A stretch of DNA of 34,336 nt, taken from the NCBI RefSeq assembly GCF_001194135.2, contig NC_068998.1, forward strand, positions 24,873,016 to 24,907,351, in the 5' to 3' direction. A program made the position numbers and the translations under genes. The notes beneath the pieces are model-generated. The model did no database searches, was not told the origin of the DNA, and worked only from the letters and a program-made list of their open reading frames with translations. Below, one piece after another: positions 11,731 through 24,705 of the stretch (position 1 is the first letter of the stretch; each line of letters opens with the position of its first letter). The DNA comes from Octopus bimaculoides (lineage: Eukaryota).

Positions 11731-12440
11731 NNNNNNNNNNNNNNNNNNNNNNNNNNNNNNNNNNNNNNNNNNNNNNNNNNNNNNNNNNNNNNNNNNNNNN
11801 NNNNNNNNNNNNNNNNNNNNNNNNNNNNNNNNNNNNNNNNNNNNNNNNNNNNNNNNNNNNNNNNNNNNNNNNNNNNNNNNNNNNNNNNNNNNNNNNNNNN
11901 NNNNNNNNNNNNNNNNNNNNNNNNNNNNNNNNNNNNNNNNNNNNNNNNNNNNNNNNNNNNNNNNNNNNNNNNNNNNNNNNNNNNNNNNNNNNNNNNNNNN
12001 NNNNNNNNNNNNNNNNNNNNNNNNNNNNNNNNNNNNNNNNNNNNNNNNNNNNNNNNNNNNNNNNNNNNNNNNNNNNNNNNNNNNNNNNNNNNNNNNNNNN
12101 NNNNNNNNNNNNNNNNNNNNNNNNNNNNNNNNNNNNNNNNNNNNNNNNNNNNNNNNNNNNNNNNNNNNNNNNNNNNNNNNNNNNNNNNNNNNNNNNNNNN
12201 NNNNNNNNNNNNNNNNNNNNNNNNNNNNNNNNNNNNNNNNNNNNNNNNNNNNNNNNNNNNNNNNNNNNNNNNNNNNNNNNNNNNNNNNNNNNNNNNNNNN
12301 NNNNNNNNNNNNNNNNNNNNNNNNNNNNNNNNNNNNNNNNNNNNNNNNNNNNNNNNNNNNNNNNNNNNNNNNNNNNNNNNNNNNNNNNNNNNNNNNNNNN
12401 NNNNNNNNNNNNNNNNNNNNNNNNNNNNNNATATATATAT

Positions 12441-12910
12441 ACCCATAGGTATTCGTGCATACACCCACGATGTTACAACACAACCGACCAAATACCGTTA
12501 TGTGGGACCACAAAGTAAAGGTGTGTTCTCTTGTGGAAATCAGCTGTCCTTTGGACACGAATGTTAGAAAAATACAAGAGGAAGAGGACATCTATGGACC
12601 ATTGATAAAGAATTTGAAAATCCATTATCGAAGATACACTTTCAGCATCATACCCATTATTACTGTAGTAACAGGATACATACCAAGCTGTTTAGAGCAA
12701 ATTATGGCTGAAATTGAAATCTTGAGCAGAGAATGTAAATCCTTAATGCATACGCTACAAATGATCAGGATATCTGGGACAAATGAAATGTGCAAGGCCT
12801 TTTTAATGTTTAAAGGGTAACGGTTAAATCAAGATACGTTCTTTTATAACCTTGCTACCAAGTCGAAGGCCGGTTAGAATTTACTCTAAATTAAAAAAGT
12901 GAAAGAGAAG
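12441..12910 (+). mobile_element. 3' end of an RLE-bearing non-LTR retrotransposon (R4/NeSL-like): endonuclease domain plus short 3' UTR
   Basis: ORF 12455-12820: HNRPNTVMWD...VEISCP...YGPLI...IIPII..TGYIP...LQMIRISGT...KAFL. This fits the RPD-x(12-14)-E/D...K-Y restriction-like endonuclease pattern; the PD aspartate and the K are decayed. Clade is inference. Confidence 0.8.
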
Positions 12911-12913
12911 ACA

Positions 12914-12942
<29 letters not shown>
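12911..12942. repeat. (ACAT)n microsatellite
   Basis: Eight units seen directly, right after the RLE element's putative 3' UTR. Confidence 0.95.
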
Positions 12943-12945
<3 letters not shown>

Positions 12946-14069
12946 ATGCATCTGTTTATGCGTGCATGTTTATGTTGTATGTTATATGATTATATGATAT
13001 GTGAATATGTGTATGGTTAAATTTAACAACATTCTTACTTCATGCACGAAGCCCATAAGCATAGACTTTCCTCGCCCGTAAAACGGGAGCTAACGACGAC
13101 TACAAATTAATTTGAATTTTAGTAGCAATACGAAAGTACTTTTTATAAAGCAGGACTCCGTTACAAAATTGTGTCTCTATTTCTAAAGCGTGTTAAACAT
13201 ACCGTCTCTCCAAAAAGAAACATAGTTCTCACTTATTTAAATTCATGCAAAATACAGAGAATACGATGAAACTAAAACATTATTTGTGATTCTCCGTGTG
13301 TATGGTTTCCCCACGTGTCCTGCAGTTCTTTTTCTGATGTTATGTGAAATGACAAGACCAGTCAAATGGAAAGGAAAATACCGTTATTATTTCATTTTAT
13401 AACCCGAAATATTGATATAAATTCCCAATAGATTTCCTTTGCATTTCATATTTCTAGAGTCTTCCTTAATAGAAATGATTAAAACAAGTACGAAACATGC
13501 TCAGCACCATGAATTTTGATTAGGCAAAATTCATTCTTGGAGTAATTAGATATATTGATCACTGGCTTTCTAAACTTGAGTCTCGCGTTTATATTTTATA
13601 TGAGTGACTATATTTTCCCGTGTCTAAATTAGATTTTAAAATTAGTCAGACGGGAATGAAATGGCGTTTGATTGTCATTTTTACTAGATCGAGCGATACT
13701 TGTTCGTTTTACATGCTCGTATGACATTGTAGCATTAAATTCATGTTATCCCAGAAGTGACCTTAATCAAGTAGTCTCGTAATTTTTACATCAAACATTA
13801 GTTCTCTCACTTACAATGCAATACAATTTGTATCATTATCAAGGATAAATGGAGTTTTCGAGTTTCTTATATAAACTGAAAGCAAGAAAGGGAGATTATA
13901 TTTAGACAACCATAAACAGTAATAAGAAATATCAAAATAACACTTAGATTGCACCTCTACTTTCTAATAAGCGAAGGTTTGCATGCGAATATATGTCTAC
14001 GTAAAACCACTTTTGTAAATAATAATACTGCATTGATGCAGTTTTATTTTATCTAAGATGGATATTATA

Positions 14070-14288
14070 TATAATCCTTTCAACTAAAGGCACAAGGCCT
14101 GAACTTTTGGGGTAGGGAGTAGGCGATTATATCGATTCTAGTACACAAGTGGAACTTATTTTATCGACTCTCGAAAGGATGAAGGGCACAGTTGACCACG
14201 GCAGAATTTGTACTCAGAACGTAAAGACGGGCGAAATGTTACTAAACATTTTGCCCTCTGTGCTAACGATTATGCCAGCTCATCACCT
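14070..14288 (-). mobile_element. tRNA-derived SINE, family A, tail type 1
   Basis: Reverse complement reads gagctggcataatcgttagcacagagggcaaaatg...cgttctgagtacaaattctgccgtggtcaactgtgcccttcatcctttcgagagtcgataaaataagt...ccccaaaagttcaggccttgtgcc. Confidence 0.88.
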
Positions 14289-15289
14289 CTGAAAAGTTAT
14301 ATAATATGTGAGTTTATATGTGTTTTTCACACACACACAGACACACACACACGCACGCACGTACATATACTTATACAGGGTAGCACAAAAGTAGGTCTAC
14401 AGTTATTCAACTATCTCTCGCATTCATATATCAAGGGTTTAGATCTTAATTGTAAAAGAATATGAAAGCATTATTGTATGCTAGTTTAGTTACTTTCGTC
14501 AGGCTCCCTTTTCAGTTTGTAAGATAGAAATTTAAATGTAATAAGATGTTTTAGAAGAAACTTAAAGTGCCTACGTGATAACTGTATACCTACTTTTGGG
14601 ACACACACACACTCTCTCTCTCTCTCTCNNNNNNNNNNNNNNNNNNNNNNNNNNNNNNNNNNNNNNNNNNNNNNNNNNNNNNNNNNNNNNNNNNNNNNNN
14701 NNNNNNNNNNNNNNNNNNNNNNNNNNNNNNNNNNNNNNNNNNNNNNNNNNNNNNNNNNNNNNNNNNNNNNNNNNNNNNNNNNNNNNNNNNNNNNNNNNNN
14801 NNNNNNNNNNNNNNNNNNNNNNNNNNNNNNNNNNNNNNNNNNNNNNNNNNNNNNNNNNNNNNNNNNNNNNNNNNNNNNNNNNNNNNNNNNNNNNNNNNNN
14901 NNNNNNNNNNNNNNNNNNNNNNNNNNNNNNNNNNNNNNNNNNNNNNNNNNNNNNNNNNNNNNNNNNNNNNNNNNNNNNNNNNNNNNNNNNNNNNNNNNNN
15001 NNNNNNNNNNNNNNNNNNNNNNNNNNNNNNNNNNNNNNNNNNNNNNNNNNNNNNNNNNNNNNNNNNNNNNNNNNNNNNNNNNNNNNNNNNNNNNNNNNNN
15101 NATGGTGCTTTAATTATTGACATTTTTTTCTTCCGTTAGTGAATTGCTATACCGAAACCCGTTTGAACAAGTTTATCATTCTCGCATTTGTTTTCAATTT
15201 TGACTTTAAATTCAATAAGTATAATTCTAAGAAATGAATAGTCTGCACTCAATTTAGTTTGGTGCCTTCATCTGACAAATATATTGTGT

Positions 15290-15352
15290 ATACATGTATG
15301 TATGTATGAATGTATATATTAATGTATACATGTGTGTGTGTGAGTGTGTGCA

Positions 15353-15394
<42 letters not shown>

Positions 15395-15425
15395 TAAGGT
15401 GTCTGCGTGCGTGTGCCTGTGTCTG
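15290..15425. repeat. Compound (TATG)n/(TG)n microsatellite
   Basis: Seen directly. Confidence 0.95.
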
Positions 15426-16190
15426 TGAGATTATAATAAGTTAAGTTCTCTTTAACAATCAACTATTGCAAGTTCATTTAACCCTAACATTTAAATCTCA
15501 TTAACTCCTTGAAACAATTAATGAAATATTTGTGAAAATTAAGAATATCAACTTCATCAAGATTGTTACTTGTTTTCATTCGACTTTCGATTATTGCTTT
15601 TGAGAGGAAAAATATTTTCCAACTTTTGGAAAGCAAAGAAAATTACTAACTGTTTTTGCTTAACATTCTGGATCTAAAAGTAGAATTATGTTTTTGTTAG
15701 CTCTATACTATGAATAGTAAACAGTATTGGTAGTTTTGAAAATATAGTGTTTCTCAAAAGATTTGTCTTCGGCTACGGAGCAGTATTTAACAACTATCGA
15801 TGAAGTGAAACGATTTATGGAGTTCTTCATAGCAATGATGCCTAACCATTAGACAATATGTCAGGCCTTGCGGCAAAAATGTCCAACAAGTTCACTAAAG
15901 TATGTTTTATGGAATGGAATAAATCTAATGTGTTATATGAATCAATTTAATGGGCTGCAGAATTTCCTTAATAGCCATTTGTCTCGGGTCAATAAATACT
16001 GCGACAGAGAATTGACCTCGATCAGGAAGCACGCAATGAAGCTATGTCAGAAATCTTTGATTTTATCGTACCTATAGAAGAGGTCGAAATAAATCATAAA
16101 TGAGCGTGATTGTTTTAACTACATACCTACCTTCCAACCGACCTACCTACCAACCTACCTACATACATATATACACACATGTGTGTATCA

Positions 16191-16223
<33 letters not shown>

Positions 16224-17291
16224 TATATNNNNNNNNNNNNNNNNNNNNNNNNNNNNNNNNNNNNNNNNNNNNNNNNNNNNNNNNNNNNNNNNNNNNNNNN
16301 NNNNNNNNNNNNNNNNNNNNNNNNNNNNNNNNNNNNNNNNNNNNNNNNNNNNNNNNNNNNNNNNNNNNNNNNNNNNNNNNNNNNNNNNNNNNNNNNNNNN
16401 NNNNNNNNNNGATCTATATATAAACATACATATGAATGCATGTATCTATAGATAGATAGATATACCCAGATGTATATGTGTCTGTCAGTGTGTAGACCAA
16501 TTTAATTTATCAATACATTTATTATTTGTATTTTTGTAAAATATAAACTCTTCTGTAAATGGCTTAATATTTTGGAAAATTTAAATATCCCTTTTTGCAA
16601 TTTGTACTATGAAAATATATTCCCAATATGATTGTTATTCAATCAAGCGTTTCCATTCATATAATACAGCTTTTTTTAATTCTTACGTTTAATGTTGCCG
16701 TTGCAAGTCGAAAACTGGTAGCCGTGCTAGAGTGACAAAGAAAATTACTTTGAATAGGACATTGCAGTTCAATACCGAAGTGGTTCATATAGCCTCTCAC
16801 CTTTCGGTAGCAGTAAACAGTATAGCTGTATAGTATCAGTTTCCAAATTTCCCCCTGCCTTCTCCCCTTCGTTAATATCCGTTTGGATCATACCAGACAT
16901 TTTAAGATACATTCTTTTTTTCAAATTATGCCATAGAGATAAGGGCTCAGAATTTTGTTAAAAATACACAACCATGTGATTAAAAAAACAGCTGATTAAA
17001 AAAATTTATCACCGGTAGCAGTTAGTGTTAGAGTAATTAAAACAGAGTATCTCCGTTTTCCGGCGTATTGAGAGACCACCTGTGCTAACTTGTGTCAAAT
17101 TTGCCTTTCCTTTCTCCATTCGGTTAAATGCCAACTTCTTCAGCTGAAAACTATATAATTGTTACTACTCCCACCTCACTACCATGCTATGTATTTTTCT
17201 TCGAAGTAAATTAAAGGTATGGATTACTTGTCATAGAGTGGAGTAACTGAAACGATAAGGTCTATTAATACGTTTAATATTTCATAATTTC

Positions 17292-17495
17292 AAAGCGGCG
17301 AGCTGGCAGAAGCGTTATGGCGACGGGCGAAATGCTTCGCAGTATTTCGTCTGTTTTTACGTTCTGAGTTCAAATTCTTCCGAGGTCGACTTTGCCTTTC
17401 ATCCTTTCGGGGGCCGATAAATTAAGTACTTGCTGCGTAGTGGAATCGACGTAATCGACTGGCCCCTTCCCCCAAAATTTCGGGCTTTGTGCCAA
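17292..17495 (+). mobile_element. tRNA-derived SINE, family A, tail type 1
   Basis: gcggcgagctggcagaagcgtta...gggcgaaatgcttcgcagtatttcg...ttctgagttcaaattc..ccgaggtcgactttgcctttcatcctttcggg..gataaattaagtac...gtaatcgactggccccttcccccaaaatttcgggctttgtgcc; A-box-like and B-box-like motifs present. Confidence 0.92.
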
Positions 17496-17753
17496 GTATT
17501 TTATGACCTCATTCTAGAAATTTGGTATTGCAGTCTACATTTGAATTAATTGATGATTATAACATTATATTTTATATTGCTATTAATGTTTCGTACTAGG
17601 CTCTAACTGGATTTACACCAAATTATTTGCATTAACATGTGATATTCCTTCACGTCCAGGAATTTAGTTAATCGTAGATAGCACACGTGAGGATTTTTAT
17701 GAGAAAGACATGTATGAAATAACTGATTCAAACCGTACCAAGGGCCTAATTTT

Positions 17754-17815
17754 CTCTCTCTCTCTCTCTCTCTCTCCCTCTCTCTCTCTCTGTATATTTA
17801 TATATATATTATATA
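17754..17815. repeat. (TC)n + (TA)n microsatellite
   Basis: Seen directly. Confidence 0.95.
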
Positions 17816-17949
17816 TGCACTCTGATAAATGCAAGCAAACAGAAACCTCGAATTTACTGTCAGCATTTTGCTTGTAAAAGTTAATACGTAAAAACATATT
17901 CATGGCTGTGAATATACATATGCTAGCATTGGAACGTACTCTCACAACT

Positions 17950-18460
17950 ATAAAGAGTGGTATTGAAATTGAAACCGACATCTTCTTCAAACCAACGGAC
18001 TCAAAACAATATCTTCTATTCTCCTCTTGCCACCCAAAACTTACTAAAATAAATATACCGTTCAACTTAGCGAAAAGAATTTCCACGATTGCATCAAATC
18101 CCAAAACCCGAGAAAAACGTCTCCAAGAACATAAAAACACATTACTGGATAGAAAATACCCGGCCAGTCTAATCAAAAATGGAATAGAACGTGCAAAAAT
18201 GATAAACATCCAAGAGTTACGGAAAACAAGAAAGCACCATGACACAATTAAAACTCTATCTTACGAATCAACACACAATCCAAGAAACATGGAAGCATAC
18301 AACATCATCCACTAAAACATACCCCTCCTTATGAAGGACCCGCGAATGAAAAAGGCACTGGAAACATAGGATTATTAAAAGCTAGTTACAACCGCTATCC
18401 TTAAATAAACTACTCACCAGCGCCAAATTACCCACCAAAAATACAACCCCACAAGTCAAA
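17950..18460 (+). mobile_element. Penelope-like element fragment (reverse transcriptase thumb/linker region), runs into gap
   Basis: IETDIFFKPTDSKQYLLFSSCHPKLTKINIPFNLAKRISTI...RLQE....LLDRKYP...I..GIERAK...YESTHNP matches the Penelope TDxxxKPTD...YLxxxSxHP...IP motif. Stops accumulate downstream. Confidence 0.9.
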
Positions 18461-19272
18461 NNNNNNNNNNNNNNNNNNNNNNNNNNNNNNNNNNNNNNNN
18501 NNNNNNNNNNNNNNNNNNNNNNNNNNNNNNNNNNNNNNNNNNNNNNNNNNNNNNNNNNNNNNNNNNNNNNNNNNNNNNNNNNNNNNNNNNNNNNNNNNNN
18601 NNNNNNNNNNNNNNNNNNNNNNNNNNNNNNNNNNNNNNNNNNNNNNNNNNNNNNNNNNNNNNNNNNNNNNNNNNNNNNNNNNNNNNNNNNNNNNNNNNNN
18701 NNNNNNNNNNNNNNNNNNNNNNNNNNNNNNNNNNNNNNNNNNNNNNNNNNNNNNNNNNNNNNNNNNNNNNNNNNNNNNNNNNNNNNNNNNNNNNNNNNNN
18801 NNNNNNNNNNNNNNNNNNNNNNNNNNNNNNNNNNNNNNNNNNNNNNNNNNNNNNNNNNNNNNNNNNNNNNNNNNNNNNNNNNNNNNNNNNNNNNNNNNNN
18901 NNNNNNNNNNNNNNNNNNNNNNNNNNNNNNNNNNNNNNNNNNNNNNNNNNNNNNNNNNNNNNNNNNNNNNNNNNNNNNNNNNNNNNNNNNNNNNNNNNNN
19001 NNNNNNNNNNNNNNNNNNNNNNNNNNNNNNNNNNNNNNNNNNNNNNNNNNNNNNNNNNNNNNNNNNNNNNNNNNNNNNNNNNNNNNNNNNNNNNNNNNNN
19101 NNNNNNNNNNNNNNNNNNNNNNNNNNNNNNNNNNNNNNNNNNNNNNNNNNNNNNNNNNNNNNNNNNNNNNNNNNNNNNNNNNNNNNNNNNNNNNNNNNNN
19201 NNNNNNNNNNNNNNNNNNNNNNNNNNNNNNNNNNNNNNNNNNNTATATATATATATATATATATACATATAT

Positions 19273-19437
19273 ACGACGGGCTTCTTTTAGTTTCCGTCTA
19301 CCAAATCCACTCACAAGGCTTTGGTCGGCCAGAGGCTATAATAGAAGACACTTGCTCGTAGTGCCACGCAGTAGGAATGAACCCGGAAACATGTGGTTGG
19401 TGTGCAACCTACTTACCACACAGCCACTCCTGCGCCT
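19273..19437 (-). mobile_element. tRNA-derived CORE-type SINE, family B2
   Basis: Reverse complement: aggcgcaggagtggctgtgtggtaag...ccgggttcattcctactgcgtggcactacgagcaagtgtcttctattatagcc...gccgaccaaagccttgtgagtggatttggtagacggaaactaaaagaagcccgtcgt, then (TA)n. Confidence 0.85.
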
Positions 19438-22400
19438 TGACTGTATTATATATATATTTACATGAATCAGAAAAGTTGAAAACAATAGATATTATTGCAC
19501 TTACTTGATTTGAAAAGTTTCGATTATTATGAAAACAGCTATATTTATTGAATAAAATCAACTGCTACACCACATAGGATAGCAGAATAAGGCCAAGTGT
19601 ATCGAAAACGCTGAAATAAGTGGCGATCATCATAGCAAATACTCAATTGAAATAACACAAATATATAAATATTCCAGAGTATCATAAGATAGCACACACG
19701 AAATAAGAACTAACTTAAGAATGAGAGTAGCCCAAAAGCATCTGAATGAGTTTACAGGTGGAAAAAATTAACAGGAAATATTTGAGAAAAAGAGATTTTC
19801 AGACATATCAAAGTGAAACTATGAAGAAAGGAAATAAAAGTGGACACATATGAAAGAATAATACAGAAAATTCTGAAAGCAAATTAAAGGGATAAGAAAT
19901 AGTAAATCTCTTAATACACGTCGCTTGTGAGCGAGACTCAAAATCAATAATAAACAATCAGCGTAGAAGAAAAAAAATCAGAATATCGAAGAGCTTAAAT
20001 TGCAACTCTAGAAGACATTTCAGAGCTTTTAGAAATAAGAACAGAATGTTTTCGAATACATGCTCACATATTTTGCAAGTTCCTGATATTCGGATATAGT
20101 CGATATTAAACATAAAGGCCATTTCATGCACCTTCCCCAATCTCATCATTTTATGCACCTTCCTCTATCAAACCATTTTATGCGCTTTTCTCGGTTAGGT
20201 ACTGAAATCATAAGGTGAAATTAATTGGTAATTTAGCCTGCTTTTAAAAACACACTGATGCACTTTATTGAAGTAAAAAAATAACATATAATGAAAGGCG
20301 TCTTTTATATAATATATAACGTTTAACGAGGACTGTAATGTTAGAACGAGTTATAGCTTATATACAACACAATAAATAGACATAGTAGTTCGGATCAGTG
20401 AAGGAGACTTTAGCTTTAATAAAGATTTCGACGTTTATTGAAAGTAGAATGTAGAATTTTCGGCGGTTAGTTTAAACATTTTAATTGTAAATTTGGATCA
20501 CTTGGCGGTCTATGATCTGATGTTTTCCCTTTGACAAGGTAGGTTGTTGCTAAGCAAAAATAGATTCCATTGTTGAGAACAATAAGCGGTTAAATATTTC
20601 AGGGCTATTATATAAGTTTTCAAATGTAAAGGTGAAGTTAAGAAACTCTGCTTGGCCTTTTATGTTTCAGTAATGATGACCTGTTCACATTTCTCGGTTG
20701 AAACAAACAAAAAAAAAATTGTGCCTTGAATGTTGAGTGGTACCGCGTTTTGATGGATGAACTAATGTGTAAGGTCTAAAGCAGGTCAAATTGGTTGAAC
20801 AGTAATTTAGCTGATTTCTAAGGCTCACTGAGGAATTTCAGAGCATTTTGATGATTTCCAAACACCAACATTAACCAGATCCATATATAATAAAAATTCA
20901 AGAACGAGTTTCTATCAATAACCCTCAATTGTGAAACTAAGTCCATGATGCATGATCCTTGCATTGAACAGAATATAAATTTCCATGGAGGAAAACACTT
21001 CTCTCATTAATTATAACCAAAAGAAGAAGAGTTTTCAATGTATCTGAACTCGAATATTGGATATTGAATAAGAAATTCATTCTCCATTAGGTTAGTGATA
21101 TACTGTTCTATTGAATAAATACGGTATTTATATGATATTTTGACATATTAATATAGAAATCTAATCACAAATTAAATCTGTCATTTCTATGTACATGTTC
21201 ATGTACGGTGTATATAAATATATCCAAGCACACTGGGAACGAAATGCGATGAAATTACCCATCATATTGATGCATGATATATTTATTGCCCAGAGGACAT
21301 GTAACGCATGCTAGCGGTTCAAACACACAACAAATCATGTTCACATTCACTTAGCCATGTTACTTTCATGCATATCAGTTGTGGCATTTAGATGAAAGTG
21401 ATGAAACAAGTGCACTGGATAGAACTCAAGAGGGAATACACTTCATATTACATTCTTTTACACTCGGTTATTTTGATGAAAATACAACAAAGCTATAATG
21501 TTCCCATATTCCATACAATTATGTGTTCTGTTAAAAAGAAAATATAAAACAGTGTGACTGTCACACTGGAAAGCAGCGGATAATTTTATTCTGAGAATTT
21601 ATTAACTGAACAAAGATTCAGAAAAATGTCTTTTAAATCTCCCATCACAGTTATAATGTTCAGTGAATTATTGTTGGTACAGTGTACAACAGCTATAAAT
21701 GAACTCCTGTACAAAGAACCTTGTTCGTATTTGATGATGGATTGTAGGGATTCATGACAAACGTATAATTAATTCAATCGTCCTTGTAGCTGAAGCATCA
21801 GTAACTCCATTTTGTATTTGTGCGCTTTGAACTCTATTGGATGTTTGAGGAGCAAATAATTGCTGTAAAAATACATTGGGAGATGTGGACACCTCTCTGT
21901 CAGTATAAGTAATAAATTGTTATGGCCTTGGTTTTCACTCTTTAAACTTTTCTTCCATAAAGAAATCAAAGAAAATTCTTCCATTGACTTTCTACAAAAT
22001 CTTGACAGGCGTTTAGCAAGTTTAACTAAAATTCAGTAACAAGTATTTCAGCAATTACTTTCTTCAGCTCGAAATGTCCCTTATGGCATATAGTTTCGGA
22101 AGAACGTATCTTCAGACTACAATGGACATTTTCTTCAGAAAGTAAAACCAACTTGTGTGCCTTCTAATGCTGCAAGAGGCACTGCAGCAATATATTATAT
22201 AAGAATCAAACAATGCATAAATGTTTGGCAACTTTTACGAAACAGGAAACATCTAACAGCCTCATGGATATGCTGTCTGAGGATTCTCAAAATTACAATA
22301 AGCGCAACTATATACACACACCAGATACTTAAATAAAGGCCATATAAAAGGCAAAATAAACATCGAAGATGCTTTCCCACATGCAGAAACTACAGAGCTG

Positions 22401-22539
22401 TTCTGATGTATTGCAAGCTCTTCTTCTGAAAGCATAGCAGTATCAGGAACCATGCCGTATCATGAACAGGTATCTCAGGGTAACAAACGTTTTACTACTT
22501 ATCTAGTATGCTTCACCTGAGTGGGGCTGTGAGGAATAA

Positions 22540-23440
22540 ATTAGTCTTCGCTTGCGGAAGGATTCCACTTGCAGTTCCTTGTAAATCACAACCATCTTGA
22601 GCTCGTTTCATCTATGCTGCCTATATGTTTGGTGCCTTTTTTCAGACATTTTGGTTCCAAACTAATTTTCTGCAGGTACTTGTGCATCAGGCTTTGCTTG
22701 AAAGCAGTCGCCATCAGCTGAGAACGAGGCCATGTGCCATTCCATGACGCGGGCTTCATCAACCAAGTTTTAATGTTTGTTTTCTTTAGCTGGCGTGAGA
22801 TGTTGAGTTTCTTCTTCCAGGGCACTCTGCGTTCAGACACGATGATTGAATGATTGCTTTTGAATTCCTGGAGATCCGGAATGAGTCCGGTTGAAGTTAT
22901 TCTACCAATAATTACTCTGGGAAGATGAATCTACTCTTTTGATCACTTGCATCTTCCAGTCTCGTGGTGAACGCAGAATAGAAATCATGTCGCCTATTGT
23001 TGCCTTCATCTTAACCTTGTCGCCTTCCCTTATTAATCTGATTCCCGTGGGTGGTGATGGCTGCTGTTTTTTAGCATTAATCTTTGTGCAGGTCTATAGA
23101 TTTGGCGATTTCTACAACGAAATTGCCGACTTACATATGCTTTAAATCCTCTAAGACATGAAGTCAAAAAGTTGTCCAATGCGCAGACAATTGGTCCATA
23201 CTGCCTGGATGTTGGCTCTTGCTCTTTGCACAATAATGGAAGTCGTTTGGGTTTGGTAACACCACGCAGAAGAAAAGCGAATAATTTATGATCAGTATTC
23301 TAGAGAACCCTCCTGGACTACGGGCGCTCCAGTGCCCGGTCCTACTGTATTCATAGTCCTTCACGGGTAAGTCCTACTGCTACCACACGGCCATCGTCCT
23401 CTATTGAATCGCAAATCCTTTGCACTGTGAGTTCCTTTTT
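22540..23440 (-). mobile_element. Decayed C-terminal region of a HERO-like RLE non-LTR retrotransposon
   Basis: Frame-broken motifs in the expected order: VAVGL; VVLPNPNDFH; C...CALDNFLTSC (zinc-finger remnant); RDWKMQV; FIFPE..LQPD; RVPW(E)EE; SLMHKYLQKISL; ETSSRWL. Matches the pattern DVLPSP.NL / DW.M.VDL / LRPD / ELTVPWEE / SRWLW that I recall for HERO. Confidence 0.72.
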
Positions 23441-24239
23441 GCTCATTGTATTAGCATTTTCCACCTCTTAGCGTTGTAGTTGCGCTCTTAGTAGTTCCAC
23501 ATCTTATCACTGTAGTGAAAAATGATGTTATGCAATTCTAATATAATATCAAAAATGTCAGTATATTTAAGATTATTACGAAACGTGAGGCTGAAGTCTA
23601 TGTTCATGAAAATAATTCTAATTCTTTTCCTAAAGCGTTCAAACTCATAACTGTTGGATCCATGGATGGAAAATGAAGCCGCGTCTCTATGAAGACTATG
23701 AAGTAGAAATAACATACAGGCAACATAATATATATATATATATATATATTATATAAAATAGACCTGTGTATGCGTATTATTCGCTTTTCACGCGAGAGCG
23801 GCTGCGTGAATTGCTTCCATACTTGGGATGCGTGAATAATTTGACCTTGGATACATAAAAGGATCATCAGTTTATTATTTCTTTTCTTTATTAAAAATAA
23901 ATTATATTACCTTATATATATGATTCACTACTTTAAAAAGGTTTATTAATATCAACTTCGTTATTGACGTAGCAACGGCAAAATTTCCGAAATATTTGCG
24001 AAATATCCCACTCTCTGTTTCAATCTTTTCATTTCAAATTTTAATTCACTGCTTGCAAACAACTACGATAAATTGCCAAAAGAAATATTTACTAAATTCA
24101 TAAATTTCACTTGAATCCGCACACTTGGTTAATTTCCGTACAATTTTGTATTTATTTATATTTTGCGCGCCGTATTCAACTCTATGTATGTGTAGCCAGT
24201 GACACACGCACGCGGGAGTTTTTGTAGGTACATTTGTAG

Positions 24240-24647
24240 ACATTTATGTATGCGCGTGTGCGTGTGTGCGTGTGTGAGAGGAAGAGCGAGTGAGTGAGTG
24301 AGTGAGAGAAGGGGTGTGTTGTCTTGTATACGTACATACATAAATATATATGCACACAACTTTTTTGTGTGTATGTGTGGGTGTGTGAGAGAGACAAAGG
24401 GATATATATATGTATATNNNNNNNNNNNNNNNNNNNNNNNNNNNNNNNNNNNNNNNNNNNNNNNNNNTATATATATAGATAGATAGATAGATAGATATAT
24501 ATATATAGAGAGAGAGGGAGCGAGAGGGGGAGAGAGAGAGGGAGAGAGAGAGAATGAAGTCTAACTGGCACTCTATCTCTCTCACACACACATACAAAAA
24601 AGATGTATGCATATCCATTTCTGTATGTACGTATACATGACAACACT

Positions 24648-24705
<58 letters not shown>

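Noticed and set aside
20380-20960. Possible Penelope GIY-YIG remnant on the minus strand (AVPLNIQGTI...CEQVIITET)
   Set aside because: Motifs are too degraded, and no GIY or YIG is intact.
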